A stretch of 64,000 nucleotides of DNA, taken from contig CAVYLP010000001.1 in assembly GCA_963769425.1 (NCBI GenBank), positions 1-64,000 on the forward strand, given 5' to 3'. The notes beneath the pieces were generated by a model. That model was not told the DNA's origin. It did no database searches and worked only from the letters and a program-made list of their open reading frames with translations. This DNA is from Candidatus Bathyarchaeota archaeon. Its GTDB lineage: Archaea; Thermoproteota; Bathyarchaeia; TCS64. A program made the translations under genes and the position numbers. Within the stretch, counting starts at the first letter, position 1, and each line of letters opens with the position of its first letter. Below are positions 19,771 through 30,221 of the stretch, piece by piece.

Positions 19771-20295
19771 TCACTCGAATACAACTGACGCCATCCTCTT
19801 CTTAGCGTCCGAGAGAATACCCTGAATCCTCTCAAGCTTACCATCATCTAGGCTGTCCTCATTCATGAGAACCATCGCCTGCATGTCCCGGATATCCCCC
19901 ATGAATGCGAACCGACTAACCCTCTCGGCGTAGATCCTACCCGCCTTTAACCTGTCGACAACCTCGAAGTTATCTTCAAGATGCTTCCTGCCATCAGGCG
20001 TCAGAGAGTAGACCTTCTTCCCATCAGTCTCCTCAGAGGATACGTATCCCATGTCACCCAGCTCCTGTAGTGTTGGATAGATCAAACCAGCGCTCACGGG
20101 GTGCTGATACGTCGCTCCAATCTGCTGTATCAAAGCGTAGCCATGCATGGGTTTCTCAGCAAGTGCAATCAGCACTAGGAAACGGAAGTCCCCTCTCCTT
20201 ACACCGAAGCCCATTCCCCGCCGCATCTCCATGGAGCCAGGGTATACGTTGTTACAGCATCCCCGACCTAAGCCGCGTCGACATGGACCGCCCAT
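19771..20295 (-). CDS. PadR family transcriptional regulator
   Basis: RRGDFRFLVLIALAEKPMHGY..GLIYPTLQEL..KKVYSLTPDG; likely ATG at 20295. Confidence 0.9.
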   Translation of the reverse strand: MGGPCRRGLGRGCCNNVYPGSMEMRRGMGFGVRRGDFRFLVLIALAEKPMHGYALIQQIGATYQHPVSAGLIYPTLQELGDMGYVSSEETDGKKVYSLTPDGRKHLEDNFEVVDRLKAGRIYAERVSRFAFMGDIRDMQAMVLMNEDSLDDGKLERIQGILSDAKKRMASVVFE

Positions 20296-20301
20296 AACAA
20301 C

Positions 20302-20317
20302 TATATCTATAGATATA
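20302..20317. promoter_or_regulatory. Putative PadR operator
   Basis: Perfect 16-bp palindrome TATATCTATAGATATA just upstream of the likely start. Confidence 0.55.
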
Positions 20318-20473
20318 TTAATAAACATATTTAGGGAACACCGATTAATTCTTCACCACTTGGGTACAACTCCACCCCCAGACTTCCTCAGGATGGGAAC
20401 CCAAGCAAGCATCGCGCTTGAAACGAATAAAAAATATATTGAGAAGGTGAGCCAGCGAGTCGTTCAGTATAGT

Positions 20474-21838
20474 TTAGGGGCTCTTCGATGAACTTCTTTG
20501 GATCGCAACATCGACAGCCGCTAGAAGCGGATCATATAGCTCAGAGACAGCGGGACAGTATGCGAGCTCAACCGAGCTGAAATCCTTGAGAGTCACACGA
20601 TTTCTCACTGCCAAGGCAATCATGTTCACCCTCCACGCAGCCCCCTGCTCACCAACTGCCTGCCCACCAATGATCCTACCCGTACTAGCCTCAGCAACAA
20701 TCTTCACCGTGACCTCCTTTGAATCGGGCATCCAGCTAGGCGTACCCCCGAGTTTAGCCTTCCCCGTGACGACCTCGATTCCTCTCGACTTGGCAATTTC
20801 GCTGTTGAAGCCAGTAGACGCAACTTCCATCTCCCCAATATACGAGACGAAGGTGCCGAGGGCCCCAGGAAACACTGCGTCCCCACCAGCGGCGTTGGTT
20901 CCGCCGACAACGGCCTGCCTGAACGCGGTTGTAGCGAGGTCGATCTTCATCTTCGAACCATCGATGCCGCTGAAGGTCAGAGCGCATTCTCCGACAGCGT
21001 AGATGTCGGGGACACTAGTCTTCATGCGAGCATCCGTCCAGATGGCCCCGTTCTCGATCATGATCCCAGCATCCTCCGCTAACCTAGTTTCGGGCTCGAC
21101 TCCGACCGCCATGATGACGATGTCCGTCTCGATCACCCTCCCCCCGATGACTACGCTATCCACCTTCACCGAGCCATTGATCCTCTCTATATCCTCCCCG
21201 AACAGGATCTGGCAACCCTTCGACAGGATAAAGTCCCTCACCACCTCACCCATATCCGGGTCCAGATTCCGTGGGAATGGCGGTAAACTCCTCTTAGTAA
21301 CGATTACCTCCAAACCGAGGGACTTCAAAGCCGACGCCAACTCGAGGCCAATTGCACCGCCTCCTACAACGACCGCCCTGCGGCTCCTCAACGCATGCTC
21401 CTGAAGCGCCCTAGCGTTCTCAGGGTTCGATACAACGTGCACACCCTTTCCGAACAACTCGCTAGCCCCAGGTATGTCGAGTGATGTAGGTTTGCTACCC
21501 GTGGCTAGGATAAGCGAATCATAGGGAATCCGTAATTGTTCCCCGAACTCGAGGTTTTCGACCTCTACGAGCCTATTTTTAAGATCAATCCGCTTCGCCT
21601 CGTGCCTCAGGAGCTTCTTAAGTTTCCTCGTGCTGGGGATCGTGTGCTTCAAGGCTTCGAAGCTCTCAACCCGCTTCCCCACCGCGTAGGGGAGGCCGCA
21701 GGGGCTGAACATGTCGTAGCTCCTCCGCTCCACGACGGTGATGTCTACACTTCGGTTCTGACGCTGAGCCGACCGGATAGCATGCAACCCACCGGTCCCC
21801 AATCCAATTATTACGATTCTTTTAGAGCCCTCAGACAT
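20474..21838 (-). CDS. FAD-dependent NADH oxidase / CoA-disulfide reductase-like flavoprotein
   Basis: IIGLGTGG, MFSPCGLPY redox Cys, VVGGGAIGLE, AYCPAVS; likely ATG at 21838. Confidence 0.9.
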   Translation of the reverse strand: MSEGSKRIVIIGLGTGGLHAIRSAQRQNRSVDITVVERRSYDMFSPCGLPYAVGKRVESFEALKHTIPSTRKLKKLLRHEAKRIDLKNRLVEVENLEFGEQLRIPYDSLILATGSKPTSLDIPGASELFGKGVHVVSNPENARALQEHALRSRRAVVVGGGAIGLELASALKSLGLEVIVTKRSLPPFPRNLDPDMGEVVRDFILSKGCQILFGEDIERINGSVKVDSVVIGGRVIETDIVIMAVGVEPETRLAEDAGIMIENGAIWTDARMKTSVPDIYAVGECALTFSGIDGSKMKIDLATTAFRQAVVGGTNAAGGDAVFPGALGTFVSYIGEMEVASTGFNSEIAKSRGIEVVTGKAKLGGTPSWMPDSKEVTVKIVAEASTGRIIGGQAVGEQGAAWRVNMIALAVRNRVTLKDFSSVELAYCPAVSELYDPLLAAVDVAIQRSSSKSP

Positions 21839-21887
21839 ATCAAGCCAAGGGTAAAACATGATTCGTAACAAATTAACCCGAGTAAAG

Positions 21888-22286
21888 CTATGAACCGATG
21901 ACATTCAGCTCGTAGTTGATCTCGGGGCTACCCTTCATCGTATTACCCACATAGCAACGATTTACTGACCCGAGGAGACCAGTCCTAGCCTCCTGCGACA
22001 AGTCCGCCTTCACCGTCACCCTTACGTTAAAGATCCCTACCCTGCTCGGATCCTTCTCATCCACTGTGTCAACCTCCACGGTCAACCCCTCATCAGGTAT
22101 GTTGTGCCTCTTCAAGTACCACCCAGCGTAGAGGCCAGCACACAGACCCAGAGAAGCAACCATTAAACTACCTGGACTAGGCCCTTCCCTCGGAGACTTG
22201 TCATCGATCTGGCCACTAACGATCTCAAAACCCTCTACCTCAGCTTTTAACTTCAAACCGTTTATTCGAGTAATTTTGATTACCAT
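21888..22286 (-). CDS. OsmC family protein
   Basis: GPSPGSLMVASLGLCAG and RCYVGNTM (two conserved Cys). Confidence 0.88.
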   Translation of the reverse strand: MVIKITRINGLKLKAEVEGFEIVSGQIDDKSPREGPSPGSLMVASLGLCAGLYAGWYLKRHNIPDEGLTVEVDTVDEKDPSRVGIFNVRVTVKADLSQEARTGLLGSVNRCYVGNTMKGSPEINYELNVIGS

Positions 22287-22394
22287 GGCGTCGATATCTT
22301 CATGGTCATTGATAAATCTCCCCCAACAAAGAGACTCAAAACAAGCTAACAACTATGAACTGAACAGGAGAAAAAGAAGGAGAATACTTAGCGC

Positions 22395-22679
22395 TCAGAG
22401 GGTCTTAGCGACCTCACTCAGGGGCTTAACCTCTCTTAATTCGACGGTCATGGGGCCGAAAAATTTCTTGACCGTCTGAGAATCCTTTGCATCAACGATG
22501 AAGAAGCCTTTATGGTCGGCGCTGGTGTCGGTTGGGCAACTCATGTTTGCGCTTGTCAGCTTTATCCCGGCTTTCTTTATATTATCCTCCGAGAAGAGTT
22601 GTTTAATCATCTTCTTTCCGTCGCTGGTATTCAGAGGGCACTGTGAGGCTGGGTGAGTGTGGACCGCTGCGTATAACAT
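22395..22679 (-). CDS. Small hypothetical protein (ferredoxin-like fold likely)
   Basis: ATG start, operon orientation, VHTHPASQCP and HKGFFIVDA patterns. Confidence 0.65.
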   Translation of the reverse strand: MLYAAVHTHPASQCPLNTSDGKKMIKQLFSEDNIKKAGIKLTSANMSCPTDTSADHKGFFIVDAKDSQTVKKFFGPMTVELREVKPLSEVAKTL

Positions 22680-22762
22680 CTATCACATCTCCAAATTTTT
22701 TTAAGGAACAGTAGTTATTAAACCAAAATATCGCTTTTAACTATGAATAATAGTAAGACTAT

Positions 22763-23140
22763 TTAGTCCTCGTAGCTCGCCCCGATGTATTCAACATATT
22801 TACGATTACTGAGTTGGAGAGCAATTTCGCTCGAGGGCTTAAGCTGCTTAGGATAACGATTCACAAACTTCTCCAAGGTTTCCTTCCCCAGGTTGGTGTA
22901 ACTGACATTCATAACATAGATATGACCTGAAGCATCCTCAACTACAGCATAGGCTACGAATCGGGGATAGTCAACACGTGTTAAAGCGTTAGATAGGCAA
23001 TCCTGAGGTACACCGTCGCAGTCGAAGAAGACCATATGCTCCGCCGAATAGAACATTCTAAAAACGTAGTTCCTAGTCTCGATGCCTGGATACCTCTTCC
23101 GCAGGTCGATAAGGATTTCGTTGGTATCGACGATGGACAT
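22763..23140 (-). CDS. Hypothetical protein
   Basis: 125-aa ORF with ATG preceded by AGGTGA, co-oriented with neighbours. Confidence 0.7.
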   Translation of the reverse strand: MSIVDTNEILIDLRKRYPGIETRNYVFRMFYSAEHMVFFDCDGVPQDCLSNALTRVDYPRFVAYAVVEDASGHIYVMNVSYTNLGKETLEKFVNRYPKQLKPSSEIALQLSNRKYVEYIGASYED

Positions 23141-23258
23141 TTAGCTTCACCTTATGTGAAACATCAACTATTCTTGATTAATATTTCTACAAAAAGAGAA
23201 AAAAGTTGTGGGCCGTATTTGTGAAACTATATAAATTAAAAAAACGGGGTAAATTGCA

Positions 23259-23666
23259 CTACCCTTTGCCGATGTGTACTTTAATCGGAGTCACCTTAAT
23301 GATTACTCTGATTTCTTTACCACTCAGCTTAGGCATCAAATCGTAGAAATTTTTTCCCCGATATGCATTCGATAACTTATCCAAGTGCTCCAAGGCTCCT
23401 TCTTCGATAAGCTCTGCATTACCCTGCACTTCGATCCACCTCATCTTATTAGCGGGATCAACAGCAAAAACGGAGACCTTCTTGTTTTTTCTAATGTTTC
23501 GCTCCTTCTGATAGCCGACCCCGGTGTTGAGTAATATATGGGCACCATCAAAGCTGCACCAGACAAGAGTGCTCTGTGGATAACCCCTCGAGGAGATCGT
23601 CGTTAATAAGACATCGATTGTACTCCGAAGTAGATCAGCGTGGCTCAAAGGAACCTCTGTACCCAT
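23259..23666 (-). CDS. PPOX-class (putative F420-dependent) oxidoreductase
   Basis: GYPQSTLVW, QKERNIRKNKKVS, RWIEVQG, HLDKLSNAYRG. Confidence 0.88.
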   Translation of the reverse strand: MGTEVPLSHADLLRSTIDVLLTTISSRGYPQSTLVWCSFDGAHILLNTGVGYQKERNIRKNKKVSVFAVDPANKMRWIEVQGNAELIEEGALEHLDKLSNAYRGKNFYDLMPKLSGKEIRVIIKVTPIKVHIGKG

Positions 23667-23780
23667 CTAAACCAAATCATGATGAGGTTAAACGAAATAT
23701 AATAACTCGTATCACATTTAAAAACTTGAAAATAATTTTAACTTTGTGTTATGAGAAACCCTGACATCGAGGGTATAGTG

Positions 23781-24049
23781 AATGAGTCAGAAACCAGTTC
23801 GTATGGTTGTGCCCGGAGTCGCTCCCTTCGGGATGGCGTCCGTGAATATAGAGAAATGTAGAACGGGCCTGGGCCAGTAGGGTCAACGCCATTGTTGTCG
23901 AGCTCGGGTGTGATCATACACCACTCTAGCCTGCTAGGTTCAGTGGAGAAGTGAGCTGAACGAGGGGGTAGCTACTCTGCGGAACAGCCCCACCCACGAC
24001 AGCTGCACCTATAAAGAAGTCTTGACCTGAGAACTGCAGTGGATTCATT
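23781..24049 (+). ncRNA. Candidate ~270-nt highly structured RNA of unknown family
   Basis: 5'/3' closing helix AAUGAGUC/GAUUCAUU, C(UUCG)G hairpin and many nested helices; no ORF; AT-rich promoter-like sequence upstream. Confidence 0.6.
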
Positions 24050-24082
24050 GGGGGGAGATTGTCGCGGTCAATGATGGAGAGG

Positions 24083-24376
24083 TTACTCTTCCTTCGCCCG
24101 GACCAGCTCCAGCGCGAGGTTGCCCCCCTTCTCGAACCTCACAGTCAGGGTCTGGAAGAGGGTCTGGAATATCCTGATCTTCCCGTACCGCTTCTCCTTT
24201 ACGAGGCCGAGCTTCACCAGCTTCGCGAGGTGCCTCTCGACGCTCGTGTAGTTGAGCCCCGTGCGGCGACTAACCTCGCTTATGTTAAGCTCCCCGCTCT
24301 CAGCGAGGACCTGCAGGGTCCTCACCCGCCCTCGGCTGCCGAGGAGTTCCTCCGCCTGCGCCCTACTTCTGCTCAA
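24083..24376 (-). CDS. Winged-helix DNA-binding protein (ArsR-like)
   Basis: LLGSRGRVRTLQVL..GELNISEVSRRTGLNYTSVERHL..KRYGKIRIF; overlaps the cdc6 stop. Confidence 0.85.
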   Translation of the reverse strand: MSRSRAQAEELLGSRGRVRTLQVLAESGELNISEVSRRTGLNYTSVERHLAKLVKLGLVKEKRYGKIRIFQTLFQTLTVRFEKGGNLALELVRAKEE

Positions 24377-25535
24377 GACCCCTGAGCACCTCGCGCTCCA
24401 AGTCCTCCGCGGAGACCTTCCCCAGAGTTATGAGTTGGGTGCGCCCCTGGCTCCCCGAGTCGACCTTCGACGAGATTATCCCGGTCGCCTTGAGGCCCTC
24501 CAAGTACTTCCAGAATTGAGTGTGGGCCCGCGGTGTCTCGCCGCGCTCCTCGCACGCTACCCTGTAGAGCTGCTCCACCTCCCCCGTCGTTGCGTGTGGG
24601 GCTGTGCTGTTGCGGAAGAACCGGGCCACTGAGAGGAGGGTGAGCCTCTCGTGGAGGCTCAGATGGTTCATCCCCTCCTTCTTCACCGGGGAGAGCACGC
24701 TGGACGAGACCTGACGCACGTGTTCAGGCCTGACCTGGGGCGCCCCATCCATCTCCGCCCTCTTCCCCGCCCCCCAGAGGAGATCGATCGCGCAGCGGGC
24801 GTCCCCGTTCTCCGAGGATGCTAGCTCCGCTATGAAGTCCACCACCTCGAGTGGAACAGCCCCCCTCCGGAAGGCCGCCTCGGCGCGTGCCGCGACGATG
24901 TCGGAGAGCTGCGGCGTGGAGTACTCGGGCATCTCTATGAGGTTCCTCTGGAGGCTACTCAGGGTGCTCCTGTCAAGCTTCTCGAAGACACTCCGGTCCT
25001 TTGTGATCATGAGGAGGCTGAGCCTGCGCGGAGAGTCTGGCTGGGTCTCGTGGACTCTGGTGAGCTGATACAGCGCGTCGCTCCCCTCCGTGTCTATGAG
25101 CGCGTCCACCTCATCGAGGCAGAGGAGGAGCTGCTCGTTATCCTCGCCGAGGATCTGCATGAGGGTCTCAACGAGCTCGTTTGGGGCGTAGCCTCTCTCG
25201 GGGAACTCTGGGCGCAGCGTCTTGACGACTCTGCGAAGGACCATGAAGAGGCTCCCCCTGAGCTCCCTGCAGTTTACGTGGACGTAGTCGACCCTTAGCC
25301 TCTTCTTCTTCGCCTCGTCTCTGAGCCACCTACCAAAGACGCGGGCGAGCGCCGTTTTTCCGGAGCCCACCCCGCCCACTATGATGGCTCTTTGACTCAT
25401 CTCGTAGGGCGCCGAGAGTATGAAATCGTAGGTGAGTCTGAGGGAGCGCAACTGCTCCTCCCTGTGCAGCAGCTTGGACGGGATGTAGTTGATGTCGAGT
25501 ATGCCCTCGTCTACGATGAGTCTCTGGTCGCTCAA
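24363..25535 (-). CDS. cdc6: Orc1/Cdc6 replication initiator
   Basis: YIPSKLLHREEQ, Walker A GGVGSGKT, HVNC, Walker B CLDEVD, GDARCAIDLL, C-terminal winged helix. Confidence 0.93.
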   Translation of the reverse strand: MSDQRLIVDEGILDINYIPSKLLHREEQLRSLRLTYDFILSAPYEMSQRAIIVGGVGSGKTALARVFGRWLRDEAKKKRLRVDYVHVNCRELRGSLFMVLRRVVKTLRPEFPERGYAPNELVETLMQILGEDNEQLLLCLDEVDALIDTEGSDALYQLTRVHETQPDSPRRLSLLMITKDRSVFEKLDRSTLSSLQRNLIEMPEYSTPQLSDIVAARAEAAFRRGAVPLEVVDFIAELASSENGDARCAIDLLWGAGKRAEMDGAPQVRPEHVRQVSSSVLSPVKKEGMNHLSLHERLTLLSVARFFRNSTAPHATTGEVEQLYRVACEERGETPRAHTQFWKYLEGLKATGIISSKVDSGSQGRTQLITLGKVSAEDLEREVLRGLEQK

Positions 25536-25681
25536 AGATGGTCTCCCCCGTGAGGGCTCCTCCGGGTGCGGATTTATGCTTTACGTAGGTTCCAGCTGAT
25601 CAACTGCGGAGAGGTGAGTGAAAGTGATCTCTTCTTGAAACCTTTAAACAGCTACCCAACTAATAGACAAATGATTCACCA

Positions 25682-26705
25682 ATGCCCCCGAGTAGCAGAC
25701 TGCGCACAGGAAAAGTACCAAGCGACGTCCTCAAGCGATGCGTCTTCAACCGCCTCGGCGTCCTATCCGAAAGGGTGATCAGGGGGGCCGCCATCGGCGA
25801 AGATGCCTCGATCATAGACATGGGGACTAAAGTCCTCGTCGCGAAGGCCAACCCCATAACCGGGGCGGAGGTGAACATAGGTAGGCTCGTCGTTCATGTC
25901 AACGCTAACGATGTGGCCGCACGCGGCGCCAAGCCACTCTGGTTCATGAACACCATCCTTCCTCCCCGAGGGCTGCATGGAGGCGAAGCTTGTGGAGATA
26001 ATGGAGGAGATAAATCGGGCATGCATCGAGCTTGGAGTCCAGTTAATCGGCGGCCACACCGAGTGCATCGCTGGGTTGGAGAGGCCGATAATATCCGGCT
26101 TCATGATGGGAGAGGCCCCTAAGAACAGGTACGTCACCACAGGCGGAGCGAAACCGGGGGACAGGATTATACTCACAAAGACGGCTGGGCTCGAGGGGAC
26201 GAGCATCCTCGCCTCCGATCTTGAGGAGAAGCTCAAGAGGAAGATCGACTCGAAGACCCTGCAGAGGGCGCGCAGGATGATCGACGCTATCAGTGTCGTC
26301 CCTGAGGCCCTCAAGGCCGTGGAGACTGGCGGCGTCCACTCGATGCACACGCCAACCGAGGGCGGGGTCATCAACGGGCTCTTCGAGATGGGTGCGGCTG
26401 CCGGAGTCGGTCTCAGCGTTGAGGAGAACCTCATACCAGTGGCACCGGAGACGCGCATCATCTCTGATACGCTCGGAATCGACCCTCTCAAGCTCCTCAG
26501 CTCAGGCTCCCTACTGATGGCAGTGAGCGATTCGAGTGTCGGCAAGATCCTCGACGCCATAGAGAGCATCGGCGTCCAAGCCACAATTATAGGTGAGGTG
26601 AAGGATAGGCCCGACGGGAGGGTCATCACCCGGACCAACGGAACCCAGAAGACTATCGATCCCGTCCGCCAGGATGAACTCTTCAGGATCTTGGGTAAGG
26701 ATTAG
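25682..26705 (+). CDS. AIR-synthase-related protein (HypE/PurM fold); apparent +1 frameshift near 25960-25967
   Basis: TGKVP..IGEDA..NANDVAARGAKP in ORF 25682; IGGHTE, AKPGD, MHTPTEGG, DPLKLLSSGSL in ORF 25977. Confidence 0.85.
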
Positions 26706-27531
26706 TCACTTCTCACAGGTTATCCCCATAACGCCTGTGTGGTACTCCATCCCTATGAAGCCGACCGCCTTGAGACGCCTTTGAACACCTCGCTGAAGAT
26801 CGACACCCCTGTAACGGGACCGCGGCTCCCCCGTATAGTGAAACAGCTTACCACCCGCAGCCATCACTCGGAACAGCTTCTTGTAGAATTCCTCGCTGTA
26901 GAGTTCCCCCGCGTGAGTAAGGCGAGGAGGATCGTGAATCACCCAGTCGAAGAATTCTAGAGGTAAAGAATCTACAACATAGAAGCTATCGCCAAGTAAA
27001 AGGCGGATCTCACCATCGAAGAGATGACTCGACCAAGGATTCATCTGAGCCACCCTGACCACTGGTGGCTCACGCTCAATGGAAACAACGACCTCCGCCC
27101 CCCTATCTAAGGCACCAATCGCAGTATAGCCTAGCCCCATACAGGTGTCAAGACATCTACCTCCATCTATTCCGAGAACCCTAAGCTTGTCCTCAGTATC
27201 CACTATCAGGCGTCGTATCCTTGGTCCTGTGCATCCTGATGCCATCTATCTCAAGTGTAGGCGCACCCGCGGTGGGGACGAGCTTGTAGAACCTTCCTGA
27301 CGAGATTGCGACCTGATAGATGGAGTCGCCTTCAGGAAAGAAGACGCCATTCTCCTTGGTGGAGATTTCTCTAAGATCATCAATTTTCACATTATGACCG
27401 AGGAGATCTGCAGATACCTCGGATACTTTGATCTCTGAAACCGATAACCCCAGGTCTAAGGAGACCCGCCTCGCTCCGCCAAGAATTCTCCCCGCAACGT
27501 CCACGGTGATCATCGGCGGTAGCACCCTCAA
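26706..27531 (-). CDS. Archaeal SAM-dependent methyltransferase; apparent +1 frameshift near 27205
   Basis: APTLEIDGIRMHR (ORF 27193..27588) joins LDTCMGLGYTA..IHDPPR..AGELYS (ORF 26706..27245). Confidence 0.85.
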
Positions 27532-27666
27532 TCTCGGTAACCTACAACGAGATGTGCTCATCCGATTAAATACCCAGCGACTCAGCATCTCACTGGGTGA
27601 AGAATAATATCAAGATCATTGATGGCTAAATCAGTCTTTGAAACCCAATAGTCAAGAGACCAGGGG

Positions 27667-28923
27667 CTAACTGAAGAGGTCTCGCGGATACTTTGCCTTG
27701 GTGTCAAGCCACTCCTCTATTCTGAGGAGCTGATTATACTTCGCCGTCCTCTCACCCCGGGCCGGGGCACCGCTCTTGATCTGCCCGCAGCCTATGCCAA
27801 CGGATAGGTCGGCGACCCACGGGTCCTCGGTGTCACCACTGCGATGCGACGCCATTACGCCGTACTTGTTACTCCTCGCGAGGTTCGCCGCCTCAAGCGC
27901 CTCTGTGAGGGTCCCAATCTGGTTTACCTTCCAGAGTAGTGCATTGCACGCCCCCATCTCTATGCCCCTGGCGAGCCTCTTGGAGTTGGTTACGAAGAGA
28001 TCATCCCCAACAACCTGAACCGGTAGGAGCTTCGTCGCCTTCACAAAACCCTCATAGTCCTCCTCCTGTATCGGGTCCTCTATGCTGATTATTGGGTAAG
28101 CGGCGATGAGCTCCCGGTATAGTTCAATCAGTTCATCAGTGCTATAATCAACTCCCGCTACCCTATACGAGCCATCCTTGTAGAAGGTGCTCGAGGCAAC
28201 GTCCATACCTATCTTCACCTCATCACTATAACCAGCCTCCTGAATAGCTCCAAGGAGCGCCTCAAGGGCCTCCTCAGGAGTCTTCACCGGTGGAGCGAAA
28301 CCGCCCTCATCCCCTACGTTTATCGAAGTCTTACCATATGTCTTCTGTAGGCGCCCTTTAAGGGTCTGGTAGACCTCTGCACCCATCCTTAGAGCCTCGC
28401 GGAAGCTCTTCGCCCCTGTCGGTGCTATCATGAACTCCTGGAAGTCGAGCTGATTACCCGCATGCTTCCCACCGTTGACCACGTTAAAGAAGGGGATGGG
28501 GAGAAGCGATGAGTCCTTATCGATATATTCGTGGAGTCGGAGGCCGTCGGAGGCTGCAGCCGCACGCGCACAAGCTAGGCTTACGCCTAACATCGCGTTA
28601 CCGCCTAGGCGGGACTTGTTCTCGGTACCATCGAGATTTATCATCACACTGTCGATTTCGGCCTGCTTCCTGGCGTCCATGCCAATTATCTTGGGCTGTA
28701 TAATCTTGACGACAGCGTCGATCGCCTTTGTCACACCCTTGCCACCGTATCGTTTGCCGCCGTCCCGTAGCTCGATCGCCTCGTATATCCCTGTTGAAGC
28801 CCCGCTTGGGACCGCCGCTGAGACTCTAATTCCATCCTCAGTCGTGACGTCAACCTCGATGGTTGGATTACCCCTGCTATCAAGGATCTCCCTTGCCTTA
28901 ACCGACTTTATTAAGTACCGCAT
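27667..28923 (-). CDS. eno: Enolase
   Basis: DSRGNPT, VPSGASTG, GDEGGFAP, KVNQIGT, SHRSGDTED, QIKSGAP. Confidence 0.98.
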   Translation of the reverse strand: MRYLIKSVKAREILDSRGNPTIEVDVTTEDGIRVSAAVPSGASTGIYEAIELRDGGKRYGGKGVTKAIDAVVKIIQPKIIGMDARKQAEIDSVMINLDGTENKSRLGGNAMLGVSLACARAAAASDGLRLHEYIDKDSSLLPIPFFNVVNGGKHAGNQLDFQEFMIAPTGAKSFREALRMGAEVYQTLKGRLQKTYGKTSINVGDEGGFAPPVKTPEEALEALLGAIQEAGYSDEVKIGMDVASSTFYKDGSYRVAGVDYSTDELIELYRELIAAYPIISIEDPIQEEDYEGFVKATKLLPVQVVGDDLFVTNSKRLARGIEMGACNALLWKVNQIGTLTEALEAANLARSNKYGVMASHRSGDTEDPWVADLSVGIGCGQIKSGAPARGERTAKYNQLLRIEEWLDTKAKYPRDLFS

Positions 28924-28983
28924 CACCCGCACCACTTGTTGGTGGCACTGAGGCAGGTGCTCGTAAAAATGTAGCGATCGGCG

Positions 28984-29247
28984 CTACTTCTCGCGGGCTT
29001 CCTCTATGTAGGCGAGGAGATCTCGTTCCTCGAATGGCCAGCCCGTAATTTTAACGATGCCGTTCACGGCGATTGCGGGAACGGCCATCAAATTAAGGGA
29101 CATACCTCGGGCGATGCCCTCGTCAGTGAATGTGTCGACGTCGACTAACTCAATGTCCTTTATCCCCTGTAGAACCTTCGTGATTAGGGTCTTAGCAGCG
29201 GGGCAGTATGGACAGACCGGGTTGTAGAAGTACTCGATCTTGATCAC
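28984..29247 (-). CDS. Thioredoxin/glutaredoxin-like protein
   Basis: CPYC, AVPAIAVNG. Confidence 0.9.
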   Translation of the reverse strand: MIKIEYFYNPVCPYCPAAKTLITKVLQGIKDIELVDVDTFTDEGIARGMSLNLMAVPAIAVNGIVKITGWPFEERDLLAYIEEAREK

Positions 29248-30164
29248 GTTGTTCCCTTCTGTTTCACATACTTCATAGCTGAGAGAGCAGCCTTGGCTCC
29301 TTCACCCGCCGCCGTGACTACCTGCCAGCCGATGCAGCAGCAGTCCCCCGCCGCGTAGAAGCCAGGTAGGTTGGTCTGCTGATTCCTGTCGACGATGATG
29401 CACCCGCCTTCGTCAGCGTCTATGCCTGCCTCGACGAGTATATTGGATGTGGAGATGTGTTCGAGGAGTATGAAGACGCCATCGGCGGCAATTCTCTCAA
29501 CTCTACCTTCGGTGAGCTTCGCCCCGGTCACGAACTCATCGCCTATGATCTCGGCGATCTCCTGCCCCTCAATCACCTCAACCTTGGGGTTGGCTCTGAG
29601 GGTGGCCAACTCAGGGTAATCTTCACTATAACCCTTCTTGCCGGGGATAGCTATCACCTTAGAAGCCGTGCTTGTGAGGTGGATTGCGTCCTGCACTGCT
29701 TCATGTCCAGAGCCCACGACGGCCACGACCTTATCCTTAAAGAACGGACCGTCGCAAATGGCGCAGTAGCTGACGCCTCTACCCTTAAATTCCATCTCCC
29801 CGGGTACACTGAGTTGTTTGCGCTGGATACCGGCTGCTATGATCACCGTCTTCCCCTGATAGTATCCACTGCGAGTGGATACAATTTTATAATCGCCAGC
29901 GTCTGCGAATCCGATAACCGTTTCCGGCTTTAACTCGACGCCAAACCTCCTAGCTTGCTCGGTGAAGAGAGTCATTAATTCGGCGCCGGTGAGGCCTTGG
30001 GGAAAACCGGGATAATTCTCGATTTTATTTGCCTCAAGTGCGCGTCCCCCAACCTTCCCGCTATCAAGTAATAGAGTGCTGTGGCCTTGCCGCGCAGTGT
30101 AGATCCCCGCCGTCAAACCGGCGGGTCCCGCGCCTATGATAATTACGTCCCAGATCTTCTCCAT
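29244..30164 (-). CDS. trxB: Thioredoxin reductase
   Basis: GAGPAGL, ENYPGF, GRGVSYCAICDG, AAGDC. Confidence 0.93.
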   Translation of the reverse strand: MEKIWDVIIIGAGPAGLTAGIYTARQGHSTLLLDSGKVGGRALEANKIENYPGFPQGLTGAELMTLFTEQARRFGVELKPETVIGFADAGDYKIVSTRSGYYQGKTVIIAAGIQRKQLSVPGEMEFKGRGVSYCAICDGPFFKDKVVAVVGSGHEAVQDAIHLTSTASKVIAIPGKKGYSEDYPELATLRANPKVEVIEGQEIAEIIGDEFVTGAKLTEGRVERIAADGVFILLEHISTSNILVEAGIDADEGGCIIVDRNQQTNLPGFYAAGDCCCIGWQVVTAAGEGAKAALSAMKYVKQKGTT

Positions 30165-30221
30165 CTTAGACGCGCCAAGGATAGTGGACGTGAGGGTTAA
30201 AGAAAAAGAGTTTGTTGTCGC

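Noticed and set aside
23781-24049. Assignment as SRP RNA, RNase P RNA, tmRNA or c-di-AMP riboswitch
   Set aside because: Only fragmentary resemblances (UGUAG; GCUGAA and CGACAGCU; split CCAGGCCCG...GAAGGGAGC on the minus strand); full motif order and spacing do not fit
25536-25681. Replication origin directly upstream of cdc6
   Set aside because: Only 146 bp, a single partial GTTCCAG, no repeated ORBs or extended AT-rich element
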